The notes: generated by a model from the sequence alone, not told the origin. A stretch of 58,635 nucleotides of DNA, filler included, from Sphacelaria rigidula (GCA_964200075.2; 5 parts of 5 records of this genome joined end to end with filler, not necessarily neighbours in it); one strand, 5' to 3'; shown: positions 1 to 12,665, counted from the first letter of the whole stretch. A program made the numbers and translations.

Positions 1-15
1 CTACGTCCTGGCATT

Positions 16-74
16 GTAGGGATGCGAGGTCAATGGTCGCATGACTATGGCATGCATGATCATGAGTACACCCC
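16..74 (+). mobile_element. LINE 3' end stub (variant ...GGGATGCGAGGTCAATGGTC...GAGTACACCCC)
   Basis: Near-identical to 35245-35300 and related to the 3' end of the LINE fragment at 5176-5676. Confidence 0.6.
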
Positions 75-651
75 ATACAATTGGTCGAACTATGGATAGC
101 GATCGATGATCTCATATTCATCGATGATGACACACAACACAACCATAGTCATTTTGGATGCACAGCAACTCCGAGTGCTTTGCATATTCAATAAGCACAA
201 AAAAAACGCAAACTTTATATTTACACATAACCGCATGTCTACATGCAGTGAGCGCGGATTTTTGTTTCGAAACGATGGCATGCCGGGCCAGGAAAGCAAA
301 AAACAAACAAACAATTGTAAACAATAGAACGAAAATAAAAAATAAAGAACAACGAAAGAAGAAAAAGAGAGGAAAAAAAAGAGAAGGAGAAAAAGAGGAA
401 GAAACAAATAACAAGGAAAAAACTGAAATTCAAAGCAAAATTTAGTTGAATAAGAAAAGGAGAAAATAAGGAGAAGCATCAGTGTCAGTCCTTCAGCGGC
501 AAACCCTTGGATGACAGGACATGCGAACAGCGAAGAAAATTTAAACTCGTTATAATCGACCCACTACAAGAGAATCGTTTGGTCTATCATCCGGTCTTTT
601 CAATCCCCGTACGAGTGGAGTGCACTCACTAAATGGGACGACGACACTCAC

Positions 652-803
652 GTTTCCCTGAACCCCCCCCCCATCCCTCCAGCGTCAAGTTCCACTGTTC
701 TTTCTTTTCATCCGCTGCTACGTCCGAGGCTGTTTCCACGTGGGGAGATGCCTTGAGGACGACAGAGTTGTGGTTGGACGGGGGCCTTAGCGGAGCTGAC
801 AAC
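652..803 (-). CDS. VPS13-like gene, internal exon (LSAPLRPP...WGGGSGK)
   Basis: ttaccag acceptor and GTGAGT donor; phase-2 entry matches the 1784-1825 exon; frame open. Gene probably continues beyond the window start. Confidence 0.55.
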
Positions 804-1783
804 CTGGTAACGATAACGTCCGACACATTGAAAAAAGACGACGAAAACGTTGAGATCTCCAATTATAAATTCTGCTTTCGATTTTCAAATTTGACTTCAA
901 TTTTCGATTTCGAGGGGACGATAAACGTCCCACATCACGACAAATAGAGTATTTGTCAATTTCAATCTCGATTCCGACTTCGGTTTCGTTTTTCAAATTC
1001 AATTATAGATACCGACACCAATTTTAGTATCAGTTTCGTTTTTCAATTTCAATCTTCACTTCCGACTGGAAGATAGCGTCCAGATAACGTCCAGCACCAA
1101 GAAAAACAACACACTCATTGTCCATTGCGATATTCGATTCACGATATTCGACTTCAACACCAAAATACAAACATCAACCTATAATGGCACATCAATCATC
1201 ATGTTCATGTTCTACACGCAGCACAGTACACAGTAGGGCGGTGCACCGCCGCCGGAATGTTTGATGCCAGCGGTCGATACATATCGTATCGAACACCGAA
1301 AAATCGGACGGGTAGGTTGGGCGATAGTTTGCGTGAGGGGGGTGTTAATACAATTTGGGCTAATTCTGATGAAGAAACGAAGCGAAAGCGTCCCAAATTT
1401 TCTTCCTCCGACGGCCTGCACACCGTGTACTTAGAGCACCAACCGATACAACTCGACATACGATGAAAAACAGGAGCAAAAACATGTCAGCAAAAAGAAT
1501 TATGTAGCCTAGTTTCAGCTCCGTGATGACAGACTGCGGTGTACAGTAAGAAGGCAGCGCATGTTGACCGCACACACAAACACACGCACCTAATGAAAAA
1601 TCTGCTACATACATACCGCAACTGCACGTTAACTGAAGTTCCTTGTCTTGGAGTTACTTCAAACATACGAATGGGGTCGTCCTTGCCATACCTTTAGCAA
1701 AGGCAAAGGCAAATGAAAAGACAAATGCAGATGAAAATGAAAAAAGACCATACAAGACAAAACAAGAAGCATCCTCTACTTAC

Positions 1784-1825
1784 TGCCCTGAGCGGTTCAC
1801 GGAGCGTATCACCCGCCTCCTGGGG
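1784..1825 (-). CDS. VPS13-like gene, 42-nt exon (DPRRRVIRSVNRSG)
   Basis: Pyrimidine tract plus tag acceptor, GTAAGT donor, phase 2/2 consistent with both neighbours. Confidence 0.45.
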
Positions 1826-3412
1826 CTACGAGAAAAACGAAAAGCCTCGAATATCTTGAAAAAAGTATGGGGGCGATGACGATGCCGGAAGCTGTGTTGC
1901 CGCCGAAACATTCGTTTGTCGCGGGAGGAAAGAACGAATCCTTCTTTGAACGAAATGTTTTGTAGCAGTAGCGGTGCGTGCGGAGTCTTCTTTACGTGAA
2001 GAAAAATCGACGTTTGCGTTTGTTTGGGTCATCTTTCAAAGTCGCCCCCGGTGATGGACATACTTCTGAGTGATGCCACGATATTTTAGAAGGGGAGGGG
2101 GGGAACAGGTTGATTGCACGAAAAACAGGGGCTCTCAGGTGTATCAGATGACCTAACCACTCGCGGCGCGTTTGTATTCGGGTGAAAATGATGTGGAGTG
2201 GTATGAATGAGCGTATCTTATTGGCAACATGGGCAATCGAACAACCGTTGCTGCTTTCAACGACAGGTTGAGGTGGAATTCATGGAATAAATGACCCAAA
2301 ATACCCTCCCGCGCGCGCTTCCCCTGTATCGCAGCATCCTTCTTTTCTTGTAGCTAAGCTACGGGTTTCGCCCAATCGAATGTGAAGTAGTGAATTCTGG
2401 TTTGTCGCTTCTCAACACGAGAGCCTTTTGACGACGGGGGTCCGTATCATAATCGTACCAGTCGTTCTCCTCTGGACGAACACAGAAACGCCCATGTACG
2501 TACGTACGTGCACGACCATCAAGATTCTCTTTGGTTTCTGAAGAATAACTTCATGCCATCACTCATGTCACTACTTTTACACATTTAGCCGTATCATCTC
2601 AGTTTATACCGATGATTTCGGATAATTAATCAACCGTGTCAATCTTAACAGAATTCACGACATTGCACACAATCCCCTTAAAACAAACAAAAGTCACGTC
2701 TACGCATCCTCTCCTTTCGTTTCGGAGGAAACTAGTGAACGATAGAAAAGTAAAACATTACAACAAATTGACACAAACATTCACGGTTATGACGAATCAG
2801 AGTTCATACGAGTTGACTCCCGATGAAATGAGAGGATTCAACAATATGCCGACTGTTGGTCCCGCATGAACCCGAGGGTGGATAACAAATGCAGTGGATT
2901 CATCTCCGACGCATTACGGATGGAAGAAAAGTACGCGTGATTCAAGGCCCATGAAATGAGAGGATTCAACCATGTGCCGACTCTTCGTCCCGCATGAACC
3001 TGACGGTGGGAAACATATATACGGGCCGCTCACCTCGCACAAATCACACATGTTATGGATGTACATACCATTCACGCCTAATGAAATTAAGAGTGGGTGG
3101 CATGTACAATCAATTCATTCCACATGAACAACAGGGGATGAATACGCGCCCATGATTTACCCCGTTTGAACGGAAGCTAGTAAACAGGTACATGTGACGG
3201 TGTACTGCACGAGTCACGAGCTCAAAACCTGTATAAATTACAAATGATGTACGAATCGTATGATTCAATCGCTGACATGGTGAACATGAGTTGAAAATCA
3301 CGATGTTATTGGTCCTAACCGTGAAAACTTTGAACTGCGTCTACATATAAATTCATCCTCCACACTTGAATATAGCATCTCCTTTGTTTCAAAACACAAA
3401 GACGGCACTTAC

Positions 3413-3592
3413 TCAGTAGGCTTGCGTGTCTTACGCGACTTGCCCGGCAGCGTTGGCAATGCAGGGACTGCGTCATCCTCCAGAGTCACCGTAACGCCTA
3501 CGCCCAGATGGTTCTCGATGGCCAGGAGGCGAGAGCCATCGTCCTTTCGCTTACCATCCCTCAACTCCGTGTACACAGATGTCGACGAGTAC
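3413..3592 (-). CDS. VPS13-like gene exon (RYSSTSVYTELRDG...LLAIENHLGVGVTVTLEDD...)
   Basis: cag acceptor, GTAAGT donor, phase 2/2; 'IENHLGVGVTV' resembles the I-x-N-x-x-G motif that follows the EPW repeat in VPS13 proteins. Confidence 0.6.
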
Positions 3593-4526
3593 CTGTCCAT
3601 GGTGTGTGGATTTCAACAGCAACAAGAGATTTAAAAACGAGGAAGTGGATACCGTACGAGCTGGGCCAGCTTAGACACGAGTTTAAGCTCTCAAAGCAAC
3701 ATCTCGTTGACACGGACGAGTTGGGCCATGATCCGCATATTGTACTCATCGTCCAACCAAGGAGAGGGTGCCCACATGCCCAAAAGTTTGGGCCCATATT
3801 TTGTCGTTGATTAAACCCCATGTCCTGTCATTCCTATACCGTACGGAGATAGCGTCCATACTAAAATCTCTATGAAACCCCTGCTCGATGCATTCAGCGG
3901 ATGAAGACGAATTATTGTGTAGGCATTCCCTGTAGCACGAGGAGGCGATAGATACCCTCACCTTCACATAATTCGTGATCTATCACGAGATATGGCGCAC
4001 ATGAGTTTTCATACTAAAATCAGTATATTACAAGCAGATGCACTAGATTAACTTAACCTGGATATCGCGTCTCAGTGAGTTATGCTACGAAATTTCGTAT
4101 GGAGAAGCGCTAGTGCATAATAAAGATTACGAACACAGCTTTTTCATTTTTTTCGGGTTTTTTCTTTATTTTTTCTGGGGTTTTGGGGCAATTTTGAGGA
4201 GAAGTGGACACTGCTTTTGGGCCCCATCTCAATTTTTCAGCTCAACTTCTAGAATTGTAATCTAGAACTCAGGATAAAGAACCACAGAGGTATGCAGAAA
4301 AAAAAAAATGCTCCCTCAGGCGTTCTCGTATAAGATTGGCGGTTTCCGTACTTAAACGCCCTAAATCAGTGTAGGAATAATAAAAGTCAACCTGACCCGC
4401 TTTGTTTCGTCAATTATATGCCCTAGCCACGGTCCACACAAAGTTTCGACACACAAACACCAAACGTGCGCCGGTGAGGGGCCTGCAAAATACTGTTCCG
4501 AATGTATTCTGATCACGTCACCGAAC

Positions 4527-4797
4527 GGCCCATTGTACGGCCAATATTTAGAGTTGGACTCTGAAATTCGGTATAGACAATGAATAGGGCATAATAAAAA
4601 TAATTACCAGTGCACACAAGTTTTTTTTCATGAGTTAGAGGAAAAAAAAATCAATTTTCAGGTATCAGTAAAATGTCCCCAACTCATGAAAAAAAAAAAA
4701 AAACTTGTGTGCACCGGTAATTGATTTCATGATGCCCTATTTATCGTCCATACCAAATTTCAGGGTCCAACTCTAAATATTGGCCGTACCATGGGCC
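4527..4797. mobile_element. foldback/MITE-like element with ~110-bp inverted arms
   Basis: 4527-4636 is the reverse complement of 4681-4797 (GGCCCATTGTACGGCCAATATTTAGAGTTGGA...CATGAGTT) with scattered mismatches; no TSD seen. Confidence 0.75.
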
Positions 4798-4959
4798 TGC
4801 AAGCTTCAAATCCGCTTCTCGGCTGGCCCAGCTCGTGGGGCATAGGGCAGTTCGGTAAAACTTAGCATCTCAAGCACCCTGGAATACTCCAGTCAGCATT
4901 TGTACGTTCAGTGCATACTCCCACGCACCCTGCGGGTAGTTGGTACCACGAATACCCTA

Positions 4960-4990
<31 letters not shown>

Positions 4991-5150
4991 CAAGGAGAGG
5001 AGGAGGGGGGAGAGAAGAGGGGAGGGGGAGGGAAGAGGGGGAAAAAAAAAAAAAAAAGAGGANNNNNNNNNNCCGGAGAAGCCCCACGCCGTCAAGTGGC
5101 GCCCCCCCACTCCCCCCCCGCCCCCCGCCGGGAGGGTGTCCCTCCCAACC

Positions 5151-5175
<25 letters not shown>

Positions 5176-5181
<6 letters not shown>

Positions 5182-5676
5182 GTTGTGGGGAACTGGGATC
5201 AGAGGAAACATGTGGAGAATGGTGAAGAAGATGACAGAATGTACCAAAAGTGCTATGATGCTAGACGTGGAAACATCGAAATATTTTGATATTTTACAAG
5301 GAGTTGCACAAGGATGCACGTTATCATCCACTCTATTCAAGGTACTCATTAATGACCTGATAACAGCAATAGAGGACCGGGACGTGCTAGAGGGGGAAAT
5401 GCGGGGCGTGAACGAAGGTGACATGAAATCATTTGATGCACTGCACGGTAGGGAGAAAACGTTTGTTATACTAGGGGATAGATGGTGGCCAGAGACGGCG
5501 AAACAGGACGGGGAAAAGATACGTGAACGGTTTTTGTGTGATGTGTGGAAAAACGTAATGAGCGCCGGGATGTTGGAGGTGTCTCCAGTAGGAGCAGGAA
5601 CGGTGCTCCGTCTCGAAAGGGATGCGTTGTCACTGGTCAAACGACTAAGGCAAAAAACAAATAAGTACGCCCCCCC
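5176..5676 (+). mobile_element. 5'-truncated, internally deleted non-LTR retrotransposon (RT fragment fused to the element's 3' end)
   Basis: KLWGTGIRGNMWRMV...FDILQGVAQGCTLSSTLFKVLINDL is a LINE RT QG segment; it jumps to C-terminal sequence (ILGDRWW) and the 3' UTR ending GTACGCCCCCC. Confidence 0.85.
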
Positions 5677-6310
5677 TCCCCCCCCCCTCCCCTTCAATGG
5701 CAGGTTCATGAGTACCCCTCTGCCTTCCCCCCCTTCTCGGGATGTACTCGTAGTTTTTCAAGGGATCAATCATTCCCCCCCCACCCCCCCACCCCCCCGG
5801 CGTACCGTATTCGCCGGACCCTTTGGCATCACGGATTGGATCAGCGCTCCCGTCCACCGCACATGGGACTCCCGACAACTTTTCAACGACGGAAGCCGGA
5901 TCGATTATGCCAAATGAAGACCGCAGTGCTTTCTGTATACCGTTTGGGATTTTGAACCCGCAACATGCTGTCCTGTACTTACCCATTATAAACCGACGGG
6001 GCGCGGAGGTGGCCAAATGGTCTGTACTTATCGACCACTTTTGAAACGTCAAACGTTTCACGTGAGAACAGAAAAAAAGAAGAAAAAAATATGCAAAAAA
6101 AAACATCACAATAAAAACGCATATGGCTTTGTTCGAGGGATATATGTACACACATACATCTGTATGTTTTTTCATTTGTGCTTTTGAAATCATAAATACT
6201 CGAGGAACAAAGAAAAAAAAGAAAAAAAGCGGTATTTTGCAAAGGCCCTCGATCGAACTGTACCGCAACAACCCGCAACTGTCACCTTTCGCTCTCTACC
6301 GCCATCTCAC

Positions 6311-6457
6311 CGCTTCTTGTGATGTTGTCGAGTTTCAAGGATCGTTCCCACGAGCATCGACAGGCCCGTGGTGATGTTCAACACCATGTGACGCTCCGCT
6401 TTCATCTCTCCTCGCAGTGCTTTGGAACCCCGCGGATCGCGCATCTCGATACTCATG
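6311..6457 (-). CDS. VPS13-like gene exon (SMSIEMRDP...HMVLNITTGLSMLVGTIL...)
   Basis: ttgcag acceptor, GTGAGA donor; joins in phase 2 to the upstream EPW exon, giving EPWSMSIEM...VLNIT. Confidence 0.65.
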
Positions 6458-6541
6458 CTGCAAGCCATTGTAAAAAGAGCGGGTAAGACCGGATGGAATG
6501 CCCACGTAGGGCACAGGGGCGGGGGGGCAAAGGGTGGGGAA

Positions 6542-6610
6542 GGGCGTAGTCATTTGTTGCCTGCCTTAGTCGTTCGGTCATTGACCACGCATCCCTTTCG
6601 AGACGGAGAC
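6542..6610 (-). mobile_element. LINE 3' end stub, same family as 5176-5676
   Basis: Reverse complement of CTCCGTCTCGAAAGGGATGCG...ACTAAGGCA...TACGCCC, with G-rich flanks. Confidence 0.75.
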
Positions 6611-7355
6611 TGGCGTGGGGGGGGGGGTCACATCCTCAAGACGAGACGAACAGCAGGACAGGAAGCGGCGCGATTCTGATAGGCTGGTAGGGTAGATGAT
6701 ATAATAAAATAGGTAGAGATGGAAGGAAGTGAGAAATAGATGTGGAAGCTTGCATCGCTTTCGATACTGCATCGCTTTTGTTTCGCGGAAGAAGGGGGTT
6801 GTCATTTTTCAAGTATGACGAAACCATACGCTTCAAATGTATGAATAACATCAAGATATATACTTTCGAAAGAGTGAAAAAAAAGGGAGAGAGTGGGGAC
6901 GAGGACAGGAATGAAGGTAACAAAACAATTGAAACGCATATACTTTTTATTGATTGACTGTGGCACTGTAACTGATCGCCCCGGGATCCAGCCGTAGTGA
7001 TATGGTGGACTGTACCCACGATGAGACAAATATGCAACAATCGCTGGAGGAAGGTGAAAAAAAAAGAGGAGGGTGAAATAGACAAGAGTAGACAAAAAAA
7101 AAAGACAAGAGGGAAAAAAAAAAGAAACAAAATATAGGATGCGTATATACATGTACCCATATATCGCAAAATAATTATTCAGACACGCCGCATACTCCAA
7201 CTACGACACGGACATATGCAGCAAGAATACCCCCCCGAAAAACACCAAATGTCAAAAACAAATGCGCATACAACTTATATCAGTTCTCGTGGAACGAACC
7301 TTCGCTGCTGTCACACTACGCTACCTCAACCCCCCACGCACACAACCTCCCTCAC

Positions 7356-7984
7356 CTCCACGGCTCGAGGAAGTGCTCGCTCCGCTGTACCCGAGGGTTG
7401 AAGTACTTCCCCTCCATCCCGTATGTCGCTTGCATGCTCAAGCTATCCCCGGACCCCAGCACATCGGTCGACGCCACATGCTCGTAGTCGAGCATCGCCA
7501 GCAACCCCGGCTTTTCCTGCAGCGTCTCCGCCACTTCCACCACCCCCGCCGTAGCCTCGCCGTCGGACGCGTGTTTTTTTTTCACGGGAGCGGGCAGCGC
7601 ACACACATTGCAAGCATAGTGCAGTCCATCGTCGTCTGCCCCGGGCCCCTCTTCCGTCACCACTTTCCCTTTGCAGTCCTCGCGCGCACAGTCTACCTCC
7701 ACAAAGATTACATCTCTTGCACTACTGTAGCTGTCGCTGTAGCTGCCGTTGTAGCTGCCGCTGCCGGAGGTAGGGTCGCCAATGTTGCCATCCTTCTTCG
7801 CAGGGTTGCTGGGGCTGCTGCTGCCTGTGATCGTCTTGTTGTGTCCTGCCTTGTCTTGGCCTGGAAGCGGGAGCATGAACGCTATCTCGAACGTTGGGTC
7901 CGACGTGTGGTCATCGCCCGTGTTTTCCAGGCGGTGAATGTCCTCCATCTGTAGCACCACCCCCTGCTCTACGAGTATGGTCAC
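7356..7984 (-). CDS. VPS13: VPS13-like gene exon (VTILVEQG...MEGKYFNPRVQRSEHFLEPW)
   Basis: ccgcag acceptor, GTGAGG donor, 629 nt open; 'KYFNP...EHFLEPW' matches the VPS13-family Y(F/Y)N...EP(L/I)(L/I)EPW motif as recalled, not searched. Confidence 0.65.
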
Positions 7985-8371
7985 CTGCGGATTTGACCGT
8001 GCGGAGTGGACGCAAAGAACGCGCGCGGGGGTAGGGGGGTAGGGGGGGGGGGAGGGTGGCATACTAGTGATCTTGCTTGCCATAGTCATATTACCATTGA
8101 CCTCGCATCCCTACGAAGCCGACGGAGAACGCCGGGTTTTAGCCGGACCAGGCTCGCAGTCACCAAGCGCGAAGCGCTGTGATGTGTTCGGCGAGTCGCA
8201 TGAAAGAGTGAGCTGCAACCTGCTCAGACTATTCGACCCTTGTTGTCGGACACTTCCTTCGTTTTGTTGTGTTTTCTTCTCTTCTGTCTTCTTCATAGTC
8301 TACTCCGTTAGTCTGTTTCACGTTTACTTGCCCATTGTTCGGGTGAGGGTTTCCATTTTTGTGTTTTTTCT

Positions 8372-8446
8372 CGGGTACGTCCATCATGTCACCACGGCTG
8401 GATCCCTGGGAGATCAGTTAAGCTACGACAATCAACAAAAAATCAA
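8372..8446 (+). repeat. dispersed retroposon 3' end with (CAAT)n-type tail; other copies ~6950-7020(-), 11160-11260(+), 30450-30635(+), 32855-32955(-), 37385-37443(+), 43760-43820(-)
   Basis: Shared core CA(T)GT/AGACCACGGCTGGA...CAGT... followed by CAAT repeats. Confidence 0.65.
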
Positions 8447-8905
8447 ACTGCGCTCGTATTATAACTTTGGCGGTCACCATTTCTAGGCAGTATACAAATA
8501 TTATGTCGATAATCCTTGTACGACCTCCGATGACGACGATCCTACAAGCTTCGGAAAGGAGACCAAGCCCACCATGAGAGCCAACATATATACATGCCAC
8601 CATATATAATATAATACCGATAGCCCTTGTACGACCTCGGATGATGGGGATCCTCCTGGCTTCGTCAAGGAGACCAAGCCCACCATAAGAGCCAGCAACA
8701 ATGTCAAGAATGCCAGAAGCACGCACGAGAGCCAACAAGGAAAACGATCGCGCGCGCCCACTGCACGCTTTCATCGCCCTCTCGTCCTCAAAACCTCGCC
8801 CTGCACATAACTACTACTCATACCGATAGCCGTACACCTCGAAGCACCACAGCTACACTTCAGGCCACACCGCGCTCAAACCACCCGCCTAGCCACCCCC
8901 ATCAC

Positions 8906-9508
8906 CTTGAACCGCAGTCGCGGCTGCTTGGTGCCGTCTGCTCCAGCGCCTTGCAGGCCCGACCTCCCATCCCCTCCTCCGCTCAGCGCGGAAAACGTGG
9001 CCACCTTCAGCACCGCACGTGCGGCATTACCGGCTTGCTTGTCCGCCTCCTTCGCGATGGTCGCCAACCCGCGACTCGCCTCGCCCAACCGATACCTGGG
9101 CTCGAGCTGCCAGGACAACTCGCCGTCGGCATCAAGCCCGCCCCCGCCGACTCCTCCCGCCGTCAACGACATACTGCTGCCTGAGCTGCTGCCGGCAATC
9201 GATCCCCGCAACCCTGGGTTACTCCCGCCAGACCCACTAGTCTGGCGCTCGCCGGTGCGCAGTCGTCTCGCAAGCGCATCGCGACGCCGGCCTCGCTGTC
9301 CACTCCGGGAAATCGCACTAGCGCCGCTTACACCTCGGATTGATATCGGCGGTACTGGTTGTCCTGCCTTCAACAAGACGATGTAGGGTAACTCCCCTTG
9401 TGGGGACGGACCGAGCCGGACGGGCCCCGTCGGTATCGCGGCGGAGTAAACGCGGTAAACGTGCAGCGTCGAGCCTGCGCCGTCCTCTCCCGGAAGTATG
9501 GTTTCGAT
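8906..9508 (-). CDS. VPS13-like gene exon (IETILPGEDG...PRLRFK)
   Basis: cacag acceptor, GTGATG donor, 603 nt open, phase 0/0. Confidence 0.7.
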
Positions 9509-10445
9509 CTGTGCGGGAGGTCATGGTAGGGGGGGGGGGGGTCATGTGATTTGATGCGTAGGACGCTTTGTTCCAAGATTTCACAAACACTTGAGCAGTG
9601 CGGCACAACAGAAGGGAATGGTCTTTGCGGTAGTGCCACACACAGTTGTATATGTACAGAGTCTTTACGTGACTTCAACGGCAGCCTGTGCCTGAGATAC
9701 TTTTACCCCGACTAAGGCTGGAGGACTCTCATCCGCGACAACTACGAGACACATTTTCAACACGGGGGAAGGGGGGGAACTTTCAATAGTTCAGATCTTG
9801 ATTTGAGATCGTGTTTCAACTCCGAATTCGCTTGATTGCAGAATCACAAGGGTAATTAATTCACTTAGTTTGATTCCCAAGCTGCGAAGGCATGCGAACT
9901 TTTCCCGACTTGATTGTACAGTGTGGGGGGTTACCTTGCAGCAAAGTCACGCAGAGGGGTCCCGCGGCCAAAGGGTCAAATAATACAACTATCTAGAAAC
10001 CGTATATACACCATATCCCATCCTTCGCAGCTCTAAAAATCAAGAGTTGATGCGAACTAGACCGTCGTATTCCGATTATTTTAAGCAAGAAAGGTATTGT
10101 TGTATCGAGCAGCAACGCGATCATACTAGAACTGCAAGGGCAGGTCGACCAGGGTTTTTTCACTTTACTCAAATTGGGGTGGGGTGTCAGGATTGGTACC
10201 CAAAAAATGACTGGAAAGCGACCCCCTCACGCCCTATCTCAATACACGTACTTCAAGGACGACTTTCAAAATACCCCGCACTTGAGTATACTCTACTCGA
10301 CCTGCCCTTACAAAACTGTATATATACAATGTACAATCAATATATATACATACATATGCGTGTGCATACAAGCATCGCATGCACACCGCTTGCGTGTCCC
10401 TCTCTCCTCGCCCTCTTGCTCACACAAACACACACACACACACAC

Positions 10446-10835
10446 CTTCATGTTCGACTTGATCAATCCAAGCTCAGTCGCCCACGTGGGCAACTCCTGC
10501 GCTCCTTCCCCGAGCCTACCAGTGTCATCAACCACGCCACCGACAGAGCCCATCCCGCCGGCCGTAGCAGATGCATCGTGGAAGCACACAAACAGTACGC
10601 AGGGGCGATCGACGGTCATGTCGAGACCGGGCAGCACCGACTGGCCTGGACGCAGCGAGCGCCGTTTGTACCCGAACGCCGGCACTCTGACGCCCGTCAC
10701 TACACCGGCGGAGACAGCGGCGGCAGACGCGGTGCCAGGTAATCGTGGAGGCGGCGCTAGGTCCTCGGGCAGGCGGTGGATGCGCATCCCGGAGAGTTTC
10801 GATGTAGAGAAGGAGTATTGGCGACTGACACCGTG
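10446..10835 (-). CDS. VPS13-like gene exon (HGVSRQYSF...LGLIKSNMK)
   Basis: caccag acceptor, GTGTGT donor, 390 nt open, phase 0/0. Confidence 0.7.
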
Positions 10836-11307
10836 CTGGTGAGGGGTGACGGGTGTTTTGCATGATTGAGATTGGGTGAGAAAATAAACGAAACAATGAA
10901 AAAAAGAGAGCGAGTACGGGCGGGGCGCGGGGGGGGGAAAAAGAGGTGTACTCATGATCCTGCATACCGTGGCCTCGAGACCATCGAGGAGTGAAGCGGA
11001 GGTGTCATTGCTCAGCACACGAAAAAATTGAGTTATCATAATGATTCTGTACATGAAAGCTGTTGTGGTCGTGGGCGGTACAACGCTGGCAACGCCTGTC
11101 TAATGTCAGGAGCAAATTTGTTCCGTTGCTGCTTGAGTAGGTACCTGATATGTGACCTACATTCATGTGACCACGGCTGGATCCCTTGGCAGATCAGTGA
11201 ATGCACAACAATCAATCAGATGAATCGAATCAATCAAAGAATCAAATCAATCAGATCAATTGAAACCACTCGAAGGAGAGAGGAGGACGAGAACTGTCGC
11301 CATGTAC

Positions 11308-11358
11308 CGGGTGTAGACTGCTGCTGCCCAGTAGTGTGCCGCCAGCAGGTGGGAGCGG
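11308..11358 (-). CDS. possible further small exon of the same gene (PLPPAGGTLLGSSSLHP)
   Basis: catccag acceptor, GTACAT donor, phase 0; short, with weak support. Confidence 0.3.
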
Positions 11359-11648
11359 CTGGATGAAAACATCTCACTCTGCACCCCTCTTCTTGCTCGG
11401 TACGGGTCCGTGGTCTCAAAGGATCAACCCATCTGTCCCCCGGTAGTGGCCACACGTCAAGTAATCTCGTTCGTGTTCCATCAATTACATACCGCCACCT
11501 TTTTGTTTGTCGAGACAGACCACTTTTCACGTGAGCGTTTTTTTTAATCGAAAGTTGTCAAAGCTCGGGATGACAACTTGCTGTGTGTGTGTTGTTGTGT
11601 TGTCGTCCCATTTATTCTGGGCGCCAGTCTACCCCTTTCGGGATATGT

Positions 11649-11748
11649 NNNNNNNNNNNNNNNNNNNNNNNNNNNNNNNNNNNNNNNNNNNNTTAATTAA
11701 TTAANNNNNNNNNNNNNNNNNNNNNNNNNNNNNNNNNNNNNNNNNNNN
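11649..11748. other. artificial contig linker N44-TTAATTAATTAA-N44
   Basis: Six-frame stop linker flanked by Ns. Confidence 0.97.
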
Positions 11749-12321
11749 GTACACTACTGTTCGCTGAACAGTAGTTGGTCTGTCGTAAGGACAGTGCTAC
11801 GACCACGAATTATTCCAACAGAGCCCAGCTTTGGTTTGCGTTCTCCCATCGGTCTCCACGTGAGAGAGGCCGAAAACCACCCCCGTAACGGTAGGAGATA
11901 TACAAAAATCAGAATATAGGGAAATATGGTTAGGTGCCATACGTGCAGAACTGAAAGGGCATGAAATTGCAGGTACATTCTCAGGAAAAGAAATTCCCAA
12001 AGGAATAGATGTCATTACTGCGAAATGGGTGTTCAGTTGGAAAACCGACGCTAACGGTGCAATTACTAAAGCAGTGGTGAGACTTGTAGCGCGTGGATTT
12101 GGCCAGAGATTCGCGGTTGACTATTTTGAGACGTTTGTGGCCACCCCAGCCATGACACCAATAAGACTGGCCATGGCCGTGGCAGTGCAGAGAGGATGGC
12201 CACTGTATCACTTCGACGTTACCCAGGTCTTTGTACGAGCAAAAATGCACATGAATGTGTTCATGAAGCTCCCAGACGGGTGTGGCCCCGTGACGGGTGG
12301 TACGGTTAGACTCGAGAAATC
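11749..12321 (+). pseudogene. Ty1/copia pol, RT N-terminal part
   Basis: AKWVFSWKTDANGAITKAVVRLVARGFGQRFAVDYFETF...HFDVTQVF...RLEKS is typical copia RT. Confidence 0.93.
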
Positions 12322-12575
12322 CATTTTGCTTCGGCTCAAGAATTCTGGTATTATGTGTTGTCCCATTTCTACGTACGGCAGTGTCTCACTAGAATTACCA
12401 GATATTAAAATATCTGCAACCAAAACAAATCGAACTCAATCCAGTATGCACTCGGTGCATTTTTTGTCCCCATCAACTCATCAACCACTACATACTGTTA
12501 AGCAGGCTGACCCGAAACTCGACGCTGAAGATTATGTTATTACTATCCCCTGCGAAGCTATCCGCATCTTCCCCT
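12322..12575 (-). repeat. split direct repeat B2 (3' terminal)
   Basis: Direct copy of 12949-13201 with about 20 substitutions. Confidence 0.9.
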
Positions 12576-12665
12576 ACTGTTACGGTAGTGCTACTCCGCA
12601 CAGTCACCTATCCACTTTTTGCACCCTGGTTACACCCCTTCTTGAACGACGGGGCAGCGGGTTGG

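Noticed and set aside
90-479. Hydrophobic F/L-rich membrane protein ORFs (similar ones at 6636-7200 and 32835-33143)
   Set aside because: Antisense translations of A-rich low-complexity tracts.
5806-5932. Extra exon of the VPS13-like gene
   Set aside because: It has splice-like ends, but the required phase-2 entry hits a stop; 6311 splices cleanly to 3592 without it.
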